A stretch of 63,238 nucleotides of DNA from contig NW_015160882.1 in NCBI RefSeq assembly GCF_001447785.1, positions 151,916 to 215,153 of the forward strand, written 5' to 3'. This DNA is from Gekko japonicus. Taxonomy: Eukaryota. Positions 51,111 through 63,238 of this stretch are shown here, piece by piece (position 1 is the first letter of the stretch; every line of letters begins with the position of its first letter). The position numbers and the translations under genes were made by a program. Below the pieces are notes generated by a model. It was not told the DNA's origin, did not search any database, and saw nothing but the letters and a program-made list of their open reading frames with translations.

Positions 51111-51989
51111 CAGCCTGCTCTCAACCCAAGCCCTGACAGGCAGCGGTGGCAACATGGAGAAGTTGTCTGGGGCTGCACATAAAGCCTCATTATGACTGTA
51201 AGCTGCTGCAGCCACCACCTCGCATTGCCAGCTTTTGCTTTCTCTTCAGGCACTTCCTCCTCCTTCTCACAGACTGCCTGGGGGGCAACCTCCTCTCTTG
51301 TGCAGGCTGACTTGCTGTAAATTCCCAAGGAACTGGAAAGCATTAACTTCCTCCTTTGATTGGCCACGTGGCTGCACTTTACAGGCTGCGCCAGCCAATC
51401 CAAAGCGGAAGAAAGGAGGAAGGAAGCCAGGAACAAACTATTCAAACTGGGCCGGTGTGGCACCACACGGTTGAATCTAATTAAAGAGAAAGGGGGAGAT
51501 TGGGGATATTGTAAAAGGGGGCTTTGGAAATCCGCTTGGGGGCTCAGCCCCTAAAGCCCCACCACTGGCTACAGTCCTGTAACAGCCTCAAGAGAAAGAT
51601 GGATGGGCATGAACCAGTTCACAAACTAAAGTTCATCACGAATTTTGGTCCGTTTTGTGGTTCACGAAGCAATATTCATGGAAGTGTGCCCGGCATGAAC
51701 ATTTCATGAAATGTGGTGCTATCTGTAGTGATTCACAAATCATTACACTTTCCAGTCTCAGCTCAACTGAACTATTTAAAAAAACTTCATGGCAATAAGG
51801 GGGCAAAATTCTCCAGCCTTGGAAACACCAAAGCACAACAAGGCCCTCCACAGCTTAACAGGCACTGTTGGCTGCCAATAACAGAGTTCCCACTCTGCTC
51901 TATAGGATCAGAAGGCTATATATGTGCTCTCAGGTCTGCAGCCTCTTTTCTCTCAGCTGTTTGTCGTTAGAGAGAGAGGCAGTGAACTC

Positions 51990-53183
51990 CTTAGAACCTC
52001 TGGCTCTAATCTTTGAGATGTCCTGGAGTACTGGTGTTGTGCCAGAAGACTGGAGAAGAGCTAATGTTGTCCCGATCTTCAAGAAGGGGGAAAAGACGGA
52101 CCCGTGAAATTACAGGCCTGTCAGTTTGACATCAATACCTGGGAAAATTCTAGAGCAGATTATTAAACGCTCTGTCTGTGAGCACCTTGAACGGAATGAG
52201 TTAATTGGTAGTAGCCAGCATGGGTTTATCAAGAATAAGTCATGCCAGACCAACCTTATCTCCTTTTTTGACAGAGTTACTAAAATGGTTGACTCTGGTA
52301 ATGCTGTGGATATAGTGTATCTAGATTTCGGTAAAGCATTTGACAAAGTTTCTCATGATATCCTTGAGGATAAGCTAGTTAAGTGTCGGCTGGATGGTGC
52401 AACCGTTGGATGGATTCATGGTTGGTTGAAAAATCGTACCCAACGAGTGCTCATAAATGGCTCGGCGTCTACATGGAGGGAAACCTTGAGTGGAGTGCCA
52501 CAGGGCTCAGTCCTAGGCCAAGCTAAACATGAGCCTGCAGTGCGATGTGGCTGTGAAGAAAGCTAATGCAATCGTAGGATGCATTAACAGAAGCATTGTG
52601 TCCAGATCAAGGGAGGTGGTAGTTCCACTCTATTCTGCTATGGTCAGGCCTCACCTGGAGTACTGTGTCCAGTTTTGGGCACCACATTTTAGGAAGGATG
52701 TTGACAAGGTCGAGCATGTCCAGAAGAGGGCAACCAGGATGGTGAGAGGGTTGGAATCCAAGTCTTATGAGGAAAGGCTGAAAGAGTTGGGTATGTTTAG
52801 CTTGGGAAAGAGAAGGCTTAGAGGGGACATGATTGCAGTCTTCAAGTATTTGAAGGTCTGTCATGTAGAAGATGGAGCAGATCTATTCACTCTTGCTCCG
52901 GATTGCAAGACTAGATCTAATGGGTAGAAATTACAAGGGAGTGGTTACCGGGTAAATATCAGGAAAAACGTCCTAACTGTAAGAGTGGTTGAGCAGTGGA
53001 ACAGTCTGCCTCAGGAGGTGGTGGATGCTCCTTTGCTGGACATTTTCAAGCGGAGGCTGGACGACCATCTTTCGGGTATGTTGTAGGGCTATCTTTCGGC
53101 TATGCTCCTGCAGAGTGCAGGGGGTTGGACTAGATGACGTGCAAGGTCCCTTCCAACTCTACATTCTATGATTCTATGATTCT
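51990..53183 (+). mobile_element. CR1 LINE, 5'-truncated, with internal RT deletion
   Basis: EDWRRANVVPIFKKG, NYRPVSLTSIPGKILEQII, YLDFGKAFDKV and GVPQGSVLG, then an abrupt jump at about 52518 to the C-terminal region (RPHLEYCVQFWAP, RRLRGDMIAVFKYL). Premature stop at 52105-52107. Tail ATTCTATGATTCTATGATTCT. Confidence 0.95.
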
Positions 53184-53214
53184 TAAAAGCAAACCAGCAC
53201 AGCACATTCCCCCT

Positions 53215-53478
53215 TGATTGGGAACTCCTCTCCCCTGCTGGGGTTTTGGTGTTAGGTGGACTCAAGGCTCCAAGCCATCCTGTCTCTCTGCTCTCGCCAA
53301 GCAGATGGGCTTAGCTAGTGGGTTCCTTGGCTGAGGACCCACATTTTGATTGTGATTCCTCTTCTCTGCTGGGGTTTGGGGGTCTTGGTGGACTCAGTGC
53401 TCTGAGCCACTCATCCCTCTGCTCACACCAAGCAGAGAGGCTTGGCTAGTGGGTTCCTCAGCTGAGGACCCACATTTT
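53215..53478. repeat. Diverged tandem duplication, about 132 bp
   Basis: CTGCTGGGG...GGTGGACTCA...CCAAGCAGA...GCTAGTGGGTTCCT..GCTGAGGACCCACATTTT occurs twice. Probably internal to the hAT-like element starting at about 51599. Confidence 0.85.
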
Positions 53479-56190
53479 ATGCCCTCCCGCCCCTCCTAAT
53501 TGTGAATGAATCCCTCTGTGCCATGACTGTGAAAGGGGGTGCAAAAGGTGATGTGAAAAGTGGCAGGAAAAGCACTAAACACTCCTCCCCTGCCTAGTTG
53601 GACAGGCTGCCAAAGTAATATTGTATGTGTTTACATGCTACATTTAGTTAGAACTTTAGTATTTCTGCATCTGTTTTCCAAGAAAAAAGTTGAAACTTCC
53701 AAGCAGACTTACTTGCTCTGAGTTTGCTTTATACAAGATTTAAAGTTCTTCTCTCATTCTTCTAATTTAATTAGTAGAACAAGAGAACAACCGAAGAATT
53801 ATTCATGTAACATTAGTAAAATGGAAGAAGTTCAAGAACACATGAAAGAGCTGCAAAACCTTATATGAATAGCTATAGTCATTTGTTTTCATCATGTATA
53901 CCTGAAATATCTAAAAGTGTTTTCAACCTTTTAACAGATGGCTGAGGCAGAAGGTTATCACTGCAAGGAACTGAAAAGCATTCTGAGAAAGAAGACAAGC
54001 CTTTGGTAACTATATGGTAATAAGATTTTCACCTGCTGATACTATTCTTTATTGTTAAAGGCAACTGCTGAATTAAGAGACAAAACTATACAAGCAATTT
54101 ACATATATTTCTCTTTAATTTTACATGAACTGCTTGATGGGTAAGTCTTGAATATTGCATAAACCAACACACACAAATTAAACAAAAGTTAACTCTACCT
54201 ACAATCCTTCATACATTGCTGCAATATTTCTTCTGCTTCCTGGTTCTCTATTTACCAATGTAGATAGCTGAATGGGAGGTGAAACAAGTCTTTATTGTTT
54301 GTAATTTAAATTATCCACACATTATTTACATGTGTTCCTTCAAAACATGGAAAATTTGCATAAGTTGTAGTTTAATAGTTTCTCCATTATACAGTATACA
54401 AACATAAGCTCAGAGATATTAGAGTACACGTTCTCTGTAAAGAAAGTAACCTCAAACATACAATACACAAATTTAAAATAATAAAAAATACCTCACAAAA
54501 GAGTTATTTAAATATATCAAAATAAATAGACAATACTTGGTATTATAAAACCAAAAGCCATACATGAAGGCAGGGAAAATGAAGGAAAAAACAAGTCCTA
54601 GCCATGAAGTTCTATTTGTCAAGTTTATAGAACAACGATATAGACAATGCTGACCATTCCCTCAAACACAACCCTGTTATCTACTATAAATACTGATTTC
54701 TTGTGAAAAGTCATGAAAAGCCACAACCCCCAGGTTAACTGTATCATTCTTCTGCCTACATTAAGGAGGCAGAGAAGATAATGCACTAGAATTAGATCAT
54801 TCTAGCGAGCAATGCATAGGAACTCTTTTCTATTTTAAGGTATCTCCCTATAAGAAACTGCTAAGTCCCTGTGCAAGAATTATTATATATTCCATAACAT
54901 ATGATGAGTACAGACTAAAAAAAGATCATGTCCATCTGCATATTTGTATGTACACACACTAACCAACAGGTATTTTTTTCCTTCTGTGTTTTCTTGAAGT
55001 TAATTTTAATTATTTATTTTTACATCATTTATAGTCCTTTCTCACTTGGACTCAGCAGATTACACGGAGTAACTGATATTTTATTGTAAACTGCTTCAAA
55101 CATAAAACCTAGAAAAATTATTAAGAAATAAAACCAGTTCAAAATTCACACACAGTGTTCTACAATTTTCTACAACTCCATCCAAAATGAAAATAGTAGT
55201 GCAGAAATGGCTCACCAAGATATTGGATGCTGCTGAAATGAATAAGCTTGTTGTTAAGATACATGCTAGACAGGTAAGAAATTCTACAAATGAATTTGTA
55301 CAAAAATGGACTTTATTATTAGACTGCTCATCCAGTCTTTATTAGAATAGACATGACAACTTCTGTTACAATTTGGATACATAATTTTTGTAGTTTTTCT
55401 TTAGAGTCAGTGTTTGGGGATGTATAGAGGAGGGGAAAGCAATGGTAGCATATTACCTAACAGCACACACTGCAGGTCTTGAAACATGACATCTTACCAC
55501 CTAAAAAAACATGTTGAGAACACATACAGACAACACAAAGGCAAAGAAACAAAGTACTGTATCCAAAGACAGTTAAAAATTACCCTGTTTTAATCCTAGC
55601 ACACACACAAAAATTACAGCGCATCCAGGGAAATAACTGAGATAGATCAGATTGAGAAATATCCAAGAGAAGGAATTCCCAGTCATGAAACTGCAACAGA
55701 ACCACTGTGAATCTTACACCTAGATCCAAGGAACATACTTTGCAGACCAGATACATTACCAATTAATTTAACTACACTTTGCAACATTAACAAAGACTGC
55801 CCATGAAGCAATCAACTCAATGTCTTCTCTAACACAATTGTTTAGAGTCAGAATGAGCTAACAGATTACCAGAGAAATCTATGGTAATCTATTAGCTCAT
55901 CTAACCACGACATTCTGCACCAGCCAAAGCTTATCAGCAGACACCAAAGACGGTTTGCATGAAGTACTTTGCTGTAGCACTAAGGGCTACTAGGTGTATA
56001 TCTGTCAGAGAGAGAGAGCTTTCTCAACAGCAAATTATATTCCTGGACCACAGATTGACAGACACAGTGATAGGCAATTTAAGAGCACAAAATCAAAGCC
56101 CTGTATGCACAATATGCATTCTCACTGTCCCTAACTAGGAGCATTTGCCCCCCCCCACACACACACATAATATATGCATGTGAAAATGTT

Positions 56191-56961
56191 TGTCATGGGG
56201 AGGTCAGAGTTCAGAGTGGATGTGCCCTCCAGCCTCCTCCTTTATTTAGCACAATCCACACGCATCTCACCAAAGAGAATTGGGGGGGGGGGACAACACC
56301 GTTAGCCCTCTCACTGCAGCTCTTGGTCCACCTTTAAGTGTGGTTGAGCCTGTCATCCCAGACTGCCTTGGGGTTGCGCCTAATAAAGGCCTGCCTGGAA
56401 GCGGGGCCACCATGGGCTCTGCCAGTGCCCACCAACTAGAGGTGGGGGAAGGTTCATTCCAAGTTTCTGAGCCAATGGGACTTCCTCTGGGTTTCCCTCC
56501 TGGCTGATGCTGCTTCCAGGAAATCATGATCCCCTCCCTCTGCCTGTTTCCAGCCCCCTTCTGTGGCTCCTGTCCCAGCCTGCTCCAGTCCCCTTGGCTT
56601 GTGATGGCTATGTCAACCTGGCCAGCTGTTCTTGCTCCCCCTGCTCAGGCTGCTTCTGGAAGGTGAATCTGCCTAGACTCACCCTGCCCACCTTCGCTGG
56701 CTGATACCACTGCTTCTGGGCTGCAGTGGCCCTCCAACACTGTTCTGCTGGGCCATATAGGTATGAGGTATGAGGAAGGACTTTCTTGTTCTGCCAACAT
56801 TGCTGCAGCTTCCCAGCCTGGTCTTGGCTAATTGTCTGGCTAATGGTGGGTGTGAGGCGGGTCCTTCACCCCCAACATCGCCAAAGCCTCCCGGCCAGCC
56901 CCTAGACCTCTGGGTAAGTGTGCAGAGTTGTGCAAATGCAGGGTTTCCCTCCCCATGATCA
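56191..56961 (-). mobile_element. Probable solo LTR (Gypsy/ERV-like)
   Basis: GC-rich block bounded by TGTCATGGGGAGG and CCTCCCCATGA(T)CA, with a minus-strand AATAAA near 56240. No clear TSD. Confidence 0.45.
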
Positions 56962-56971
56962 GATGCCATGA

Positions 56972-57125
56972 AAAAAGCAGTGCCATCAAGCTGCAGCTGA
57001 CTTATGGTGACCTCAGCAAGGGGCTCGGGAGCAAGTGAGAAGCTGAGACTATTTGCCATTGCGTTCCTCTGTACAGTCTTCCTTGGTGGTTGCCCAGCCA
57101 AGTACCAGTCCTGTCTAGCTTCCAA
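56972..57125 (-). mobile_element. 5S rRNA-derived SINE with a BovB/Sauria-type tail (5S-Sauria-like)
   Basis: Minus strand GGAAGCTAGACAGG..GGTACTTGGCTGGGCAACCACC resembles the 5S internal control region, followed by GAGGAACGCAATGGCAAA...GGTCACCATAAGTCAG. Confidence 0.65.
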
Positions 57126-57920
57126 TAGCTTCCTTCCACCGCATGAAAAAAATAGTATTCCTTATTACAAGGATGTAACCGTGCATATATACAGCTTGTG
57201 TGTTTACCCACTGTATTATGCCTATATTTTTTTCATGATGTATGTGAACTGTGACTTGTGTTGTTCTATGACAATTTTAATAAAGATTGGATTGGTCTTA
57301 TACAACTTGTGTGCACATAAGTGTCCTGCCCACATGCAGCAAATCTGCATAGGTGGGGCCATTACTTTTGGTCATAAGCAAACAAGATGGCAGCTTCAAC
57401 ACTCTCCAAAATTTCTGTTTTTCAATTAAACTGATACAAGTTCTGAAGAAAACGACCCATTGGTACTTACCGTGAAGGGTCCTTCTCCTCTGAGGTCAGG
57501 AGGACATCTCCATGGGTTATTCCCATCATTCCTTTAGGGAGGCAGGAAACACTTTTTTCCCCTTCCTCTTGGTACCTTGAGAATAGCCCAGCTCCTCAGT
57601 TCTGGGACTCCACAAGCAGTAGAACTTTTAGATAACTTCCCTGTATAACAACAATTAACTTCCACCATGTAATAAATGTGAACTATAATACATTACCACA
57701 CATACTCGCTGTAGAGAGAGGTGGCATAACAGTAAGAGAAGATAAGTTTGAGGAAGAAGAAAATAGCTCCAGCAAGAAGAAAGAGACGATGATTAAGAAC
57801 GGGAGGGCCGAAATGTCCTCCTGACCTCAGAGGAGATGGACCCTTCACGGTAAGTACCAATGGTTGTTCTCCCTCTGAGGTGGAGGACATCTCCATGGGA
57901 CCTCCCAGAGCAGTGTCCCC

Positions 57921-59115
57921 TTAAATGGGTGGGTCCTCATCATCGTCCACGGGCGTCAGAATGTGCTGGAGAACTCTTCTTCCAAACGCTGCATCCGCCA
58001 AGGCGAACACATTCAATCTATAGTGCCGGACAAATGTGGAAATGGAAGTCCAGGTTGCAGCTCGACATACTTCATCCACTGTTGCCCGATTGTACAGTGC
58101 TGCATTAGTTGACACACTTCGCAGAGAATGTGTCGTAACTCCTTTAGTTGCTTCCAATCCCGTTGCCTTATATGCTTCTGCAATGCAAGACCTGAGAACG
58201 GTGCTGATAGATGTCTTGGACATCTTGTCACCCCGTCTTGGTGGAGCTATGTTAATGAACATGAAGTCCATCTTTCTGATCGTTTCCGTTCTGGCAACAT
58301 AGATCTTCAGGGCACGTTGGACATCCAACGTGTGCCAAAGAACCTCCTTGGGGTGACTAGGCTTAGGACAGAAGGTAGGAAGATACAACTCCTGAGATCG
58401 ATGAAACAGCGATGACACCTTCGGCTGAAAGGTGGGATCAGTCCTTAGGAAAACCTTGTCCCTGTAAAATATACGTAAGTGTGGATTTTACAGAGAAGGC
58501 GTTAATCTCTGAGACTCGTCGTGCTGAAGTTATGGCCACCAGAAATATTACTTTCATTCTGAGTCATCTGAAGGTTACCTCCCTAAGGGGTTTGAAGGGA
58601 GGCTTGGTGAGAGCCGTAAGGACCGTGTGCAATTTCCAGGTAACAAAGCGGTGGATCTGTGGAGGAGACTTGACTGAGGCTCCCTGCAGAAACAACTGGA
58701 CATGCGGATGTCGCGTCAGCTTGTATCCTCCCATCAATGGAAGAACTGTGGATAACGCCACCGTCTGGCAGGTCGAGTGCCAAAGGGAGCGCCAAAGCTC
58801 AGGGGCTACAGTCCCTCCCACATCCTGTACGGCCTCCACGCGCCACCGTGTGCCTGCGAAGAGTCACCACCTTCAACCCAGAATCTAACCTGTCTTGGAG
58901 AAATGACAGGACCGATGCCACAGAAGGAGATAGAGCTGTCACCTTCTTCCATCTGCACTATCTGACAAAGGCCTTCCAGGTTGTGTTATAGATCCGGATG
59001 GTGGATTGTCTCCGGGAAGCTAATATATTGTCCAACACCTGAGGTGGATAACCTAACTGGGAGAGTTGCAGCCGCTCAACCTCCAAGCGGTTAGACAGAG
59101 CCACTCCGGATGGGG
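57921..59115 (-). pseudogene. DIRS tyrosine recombinase (disrupted)
   Basis: ILASRRQSTIRIYNTTWKAF, HPHVQLFLQG, TSARRVSEI (catalytic R), THSLRS (HxxR) and AATWTSISTFVRHY (catalytic Y). Broken by frameshifts and an insertion at 58765-58840. Confidence 0.9.
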
Positions 59116-59241
59116 ATGCCAGATCGGTCCCTGCAGAAGCACGTCCGGAGCTTTCAGCAGAGGTAGCGGTGGAAGAATGGCCAACTCTGTCAGCGCAGAG
59201 TACCAAGGACGTCGTGCCCACAGGGGTGCCACCAGAATAAC

Positions 59242-60455
59242 TTATGCCCTTTCCTCTCGAATTCTGTGAATGATCCTTGGGATCAGGGGAATCGGAGGAA
59301 AGGAGTAAAGAAGACCCTGGGGCCATGGAGCAGTGAGAACATCCATCGCCTCCGCCTCTCGGTGATGATATCTCGAAAAGAAGTGAGGTACCTGATGGTT
59401 CTCTGCAGATGCAAAGAGGTCCACTACTGGACTTCCCAGATGACTCACGATGAGGTTGAACAATCTTTTGTGAAGAGTCCATTCCCCTTCGAGAATGGTC
59501 TCCCGACTGAGCCAGTCCGCCTGGATGTTGACTGCTCCTTTCACGTGTTCAGCGCGGATGGACGCTACATTCCTCTCGGCCCAGGTGAGGATCTGCATCG
59601 CCTCTCGGTGGAGATGGGAGGACTTCGATCCTCCCTGGTTGTTGAGATATGCCTTGGCTGAGATGTTGTCCGTCTGGACCAAGACGTGTTGACCCTGCGT
59701 TGCCTGGCTGAAGTGACTCAGAGCATGACGAATCGCCCTCAACTCTAGGAGATTGATGGGTAGTTGTTGTTCATCCCTGGTCCAACAGCCTTGGACAGGA
59801 ATCTCCTCCAGGATGGCACCCCAGCCCATAAGACTGGCATCTGTGTATATTTCTTTGGGTGATGGGGCGTAGTACACTTTGCCCTGCCTCAGATTCTGCA
59901 TACTCGTCCACCATAGCAGACTGGACTTGACTTGTGCCGGGATTCGTAGGTTCACGTCTTGCATTCCATAATCTGGCATTGATAAGGTCTTAGGAATCGC
60001 TGTAGCGACCTGGAATGTTGGCTAGATCTATGCAAGAGCTAGATCTATGCAAGAAATCATGAGGCCCAACGACCAGAGACATCAAAGTGATCGAGGAACT
60101 CTGTATCGCCGAGACTGCCATGTCTTGGATCTTGATAGCCTTGTCTAGTGGCAGAAAGAGAGAGTTGCGCAATGTGTCTATAACTGCACCCAGATGTTCG
60201 ATGCGACATGTAGTTGTAGGCAACTCTTGGGGAAGTTGATTACAAACCCCTGCTCTTGTAGACACTGCAACGTGCGTCTGGTATTCTGAACGGCCAAGTC
60301 CAAATTCTTGCCTCTCACCAGCAGGTCGTCCAAGTAGGGATGAATGTGAATCCCCTGTTTCCTGAGGTGGACCACCAGATTGATGAGGAGCTTGGAAAAC
60401 ACTCTGGGAGCTGTAGAAAGGCCGAATGGGAGTGTGCAGTACTGGAAGTGGCGGT
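59242..60455 (-). pseudogene. DIRS RT/RNase H/methyltransferase-like ORF (disrupted)
   Basis: FQYCTLPFGLSTAPRVFSK, HPYLDD (RT), YTDASLMGWG...INLLELRAI...TDN...NIQADWLSR (RNase H) and VDLFAS...LYSFPPIPLI (Dam-like MT domain). Confidence 0.9.
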
Positions 60456-61500
60456 GGCAGCTGCTCTCACTATCATGGTGATGGCTTCATAGATTCTCTT
60501 AAGCGTAGCATCCACCTTCTTATCTATGGGATCACATATAGAGCCATGTCCATCCTCAGAAACTAATCCGGTGGACTGAATAGCTGCTACGGGACCATCA
60601 ACTGGTGGAACCTGTAACAGCTCATTTGCATATGAGGTTAAAGCATATAGCTTTTTGACGAAAGCAGGAAACTGCCTATTGGCTGAAGGTCTGTCCCATG
60701 CCATCTTCAGCTGTGTCTCAAAGTATTCTGGGAAAGGAAAGACCCCATGTTCTACAGGTTCCTCTGGAGGAAAAAATTCTGAAAGCCCTTTGGAATGAGA
60801 CTTGTTCAGGCATTTTCAATTCTTCCGCATCCTCATCAGAAAGAAATTCACCTTCTTCCCTATCTTCAACCATGGAAACAGAAGAAGCATCCCCCACTTC
60901 CTCCCAGCGTCCCCCCCAGTGTGTTGTAAAAGAGCCAGGGATCGCTTTCTGTGCTGCCTTTGTAGGCCAGGGGGCTGGACATTGGGGTGGAGGATTAGGA
61001 GAACCACCTTGACCAGTCAGGGCCACCATGGAAACAAAGAGTAGATATCCCCTCCTGCATGACCTGCCAGAACATCTGCATCAGTTCGGAGGGATTAATC
61101 AGGGCCCCAGGATTGCCAGGTACCCCCCCCCCCCCGGGAAGTGAATCAGACCCAGGGAGATGCGTATCGGGGGTCTTACTGCTACCGTCCGTCTTCGAAG
61201 TACCCAGCAGAGGATCAGGATAGCTGCCGGAGCCTTGCGGTGCCGATCAAAAATGGCCACCGTACGTCTTTGCCCACCCAATTTTGGCGGGTTCCGGGTC
61301 TTCAGGCGATCGGAAGCGCTTCTGAGCATGCCGCGTCAGTGCTGCCGCCTCTGCCAGGATCGTCTGGGAGACACAATCAAGCCCGGAGGGCAAGTTGGAC
61401 CCACAGTGGGCCGCGGCGGTGGCAATAGCGTCTTCCTCAGCTGAGGAGAAGCCGTCAGAGTGCTCTGCTGTCACTGCCATCTTCCATGCAGCCGATTGCA
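60455..61500 (-). pseudogene. DIRS gag-like ORF1 remnant
   Basis: VPPVDGPVA...DPIDKKVDATLKRIY, located upstream of RT and fused to it at about 60455. Confidence 0.65.
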
Positions 61501-62441
61501 CTCACACACGTCTTCAATGAAGCTCCCTCGCCGCTTCTTGACTCTCACCGGAGAACAGAGCCAGAAGGAAAGGAGTTTAGAAGAAAGGTTAGATGGAGAT
61601 CGGGAAGGAGAAAAATAGTTCAGAGAGGGGAAAAACATGCCAAAGAACAGTCAGAAAGGCAGAGCCTTGACCCTAGCTGCTACTCCCTAAGAGGCAGGAA
61701 TAGAACTGAGGGGCTGGGCTATTCCCAAGGTGCCAAGAGGAGGGGGGGGATGTGTTTCCTGCCTCCCTAAAGGAATGATGGGAATAACCCATGGAGATGT
61801 CCCCCACCTCAGAGGGAGAACATAACACCCCACCATTTTCCCCATCCCTTCATATCTCTAGGGCACACAGAAGGCCAAGGATGAATCAGACTCATTCTCA
61901 TAAGGAATAAACTGGAATTTATTTGTGTTGCTGAATATTTTAATACATAAATTTTCATTAACATAGAAAATGTCATCCATTGTTAGACATGATATAGCTA
62001 CAATACAAAGATTCTTAGAGAAATAACCCCGTGGGGGAAAAAATCTTTGTATCAAATCGAAGGTTACTGAAAACAGGATGGAAATTAAGATTAACTCATG
62101 CATCGGAACATTTTCACTACAAAATTAGAAAATTTAGACCTGTGGGAATTTTATTTGTATTTTGAAAGGCTTTAAATATGAAATCTCACAGATGATCAAA
62201 TACTATTCCATTTCATGTCTAGATCATGTGCGGTCAGAAAATATTATCGATCAAGTAGCACTACATGCTAAAGTGACAATCAAATATACTGGTTTTCAAA
62301 CAGTTTCCTAGGAACATCAAGTTCTTTTTGCTTATTACTAGGGATAATATAACTAAAATGCCAAAAATGGTGGACACATTTCTACAAAAGACACACTTGT
62401 TGCTTTGCAGAGCACAGGAAAATGTGTTCTAGAAGACACAT

Positions 62442-63238
62442 CATAGGCATAAACTTCGTGGGCGGGGGGGTGTCAGCCTTCCCCCGAAATTTTTAGGAAG
62501 GGGATCAGCCTCCCTCGGGGGCAACTGGCTCCAGCCACCCTTGCTCTCCCCACCCCATTCTGAAACTATGTTCAGCGACTGGGTTGGGACCGGGAGGGAG
62601 GGAGGGAAGTTAGGGTGGGGGCTTGCTTCCTCCTGGAAGTGAAGCCCCACCCTCAGCTCCAAGCAGCCCTTAGTTCTGCCAGGCTGCACGTGGAGTCTGG
62701 CTTTCCTGGTTTCCTGCACACACACACAAAGGTAGGAAGCATGCTTGCCTGGGCTCTTCCTTACTGCTGAGTCGTCGATGCGCATTCGTGCAGCCCACCT
62801 CTCTGCCCCCCTCACCCAGCTACCAGTAAAATCAGCGCGGACCAGGAGGGGAACTTGGCCCGGCGGACATGCGCTGCCTAAGGGAGCGCCAAAGCTCAGG
62901 GGCTACGGTCCCTCCCACATCCTGTACGGCCTCCACGGCACCACTTCTTGCACCCGGCTGCTGCCTTCCTCTGATTCCCCTTCGCTGCTGCTCTTGCTGC
63001 TGCATGCTGGGACCAAGTTGGCCAGCTTTGTAAGGGCATGGGTGGGTGGGGGCCTGAGAGAGGGCAGTGTTCAGTGAGCCTGAGGCTGAGTAGTCCGAAG
63101 GAAAACTGCCTTTGCTCTCTTTGGAATACCCTTCCCATCCTCCCCACCCATCTGTTGTGCTGCTTTTATTCTCTCTCTCACCCCCCGTTTTTAAACCCCC
63201 CCTTCAGTTGTACCGTGTGTGTGAGTGCCCCCCCGCCC
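62442..63238. mobile_element. GC-rich hAT-like non-autonomous element, running off the window
   Basis: Abrupt GC shift beginning CATAGGCATAAACTTCGTGGGCGGGGGG; the other end is not visible. Confidence 0.4.

Larger units (their letters stand above)
57450..61820 (-). mobile_element. DIRS1-type tyrosine-recombinase retrotransposon (defective, internally deleted)
   Basis: ITRs at 57485-57603 and 61702-61820. ICR at 57813-57899 is complementary to both termini. Gag, RT, RNase H, methyltransferase-like and YR remnants occur in order on the minus strand. Confidence 0.95.

Noticed and set aside
50819-51466. 215-aa minus-strand ORF
   Set aside because: It reads through a Squam3-like SINE and adjacent repeat sequence; chance ORF.
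53938-54005. Plus-strand exon-like segment (ttttaacAG|ATGGCT...TTTG|GTaact)
   Set aside because: Isolated, with no partner exons or protein match; would need stranded RNA-seq.
55216-55232. 17-nt minus-strand micro-exon candidate in intron 1
   Set aside because: Splice-like flanks alone are common by chance; it would shift the frame and has no support.
57080-57125. 5S rRNA gene
   Set aside because: Only a degenerate partial match fused to a LINE-derived tail, so a SINE head.

Overview
Vertebrate genomic DNA, almost certainly from a squamate reptile and probably a gecko, judged from its repeat content (Sauria SINEs, BovB, Squam3-like SINEs, CR1, L2, Penelope, DIRS, Helitrons, hAT MITEs). The only host coding sequence is three small minus-strand exons of SSBP2 (exons 2-4, LisH/LUFS domain): 43242-43314, 39784-39845 and 35581-35665. 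I could not find exon 1 or exon 5 onward, so the rest appears intronic. Almost all listed ORFs are spurious or transposon remnants. The most notable structures are: a DIRS1-type element with intact ITR/ICR ends whose recombinase is broken by an insertion copied from about 4 kb away; two related Helitron pieces sharing a fixed-spacing CCAAT + octamer-like module, amplified as a 107-bp array in one; a gap-free 146-bp inverted repeat just downstream of SSBP2 exon 2; a Penelope-borne minimal hammerhead ribozyme; and same-strand orientation of all BovB-family insertions. I found no demonstrably new biological system; the findings are testable hypotheses. Repeat family names come from recalled motifs, not a database search.
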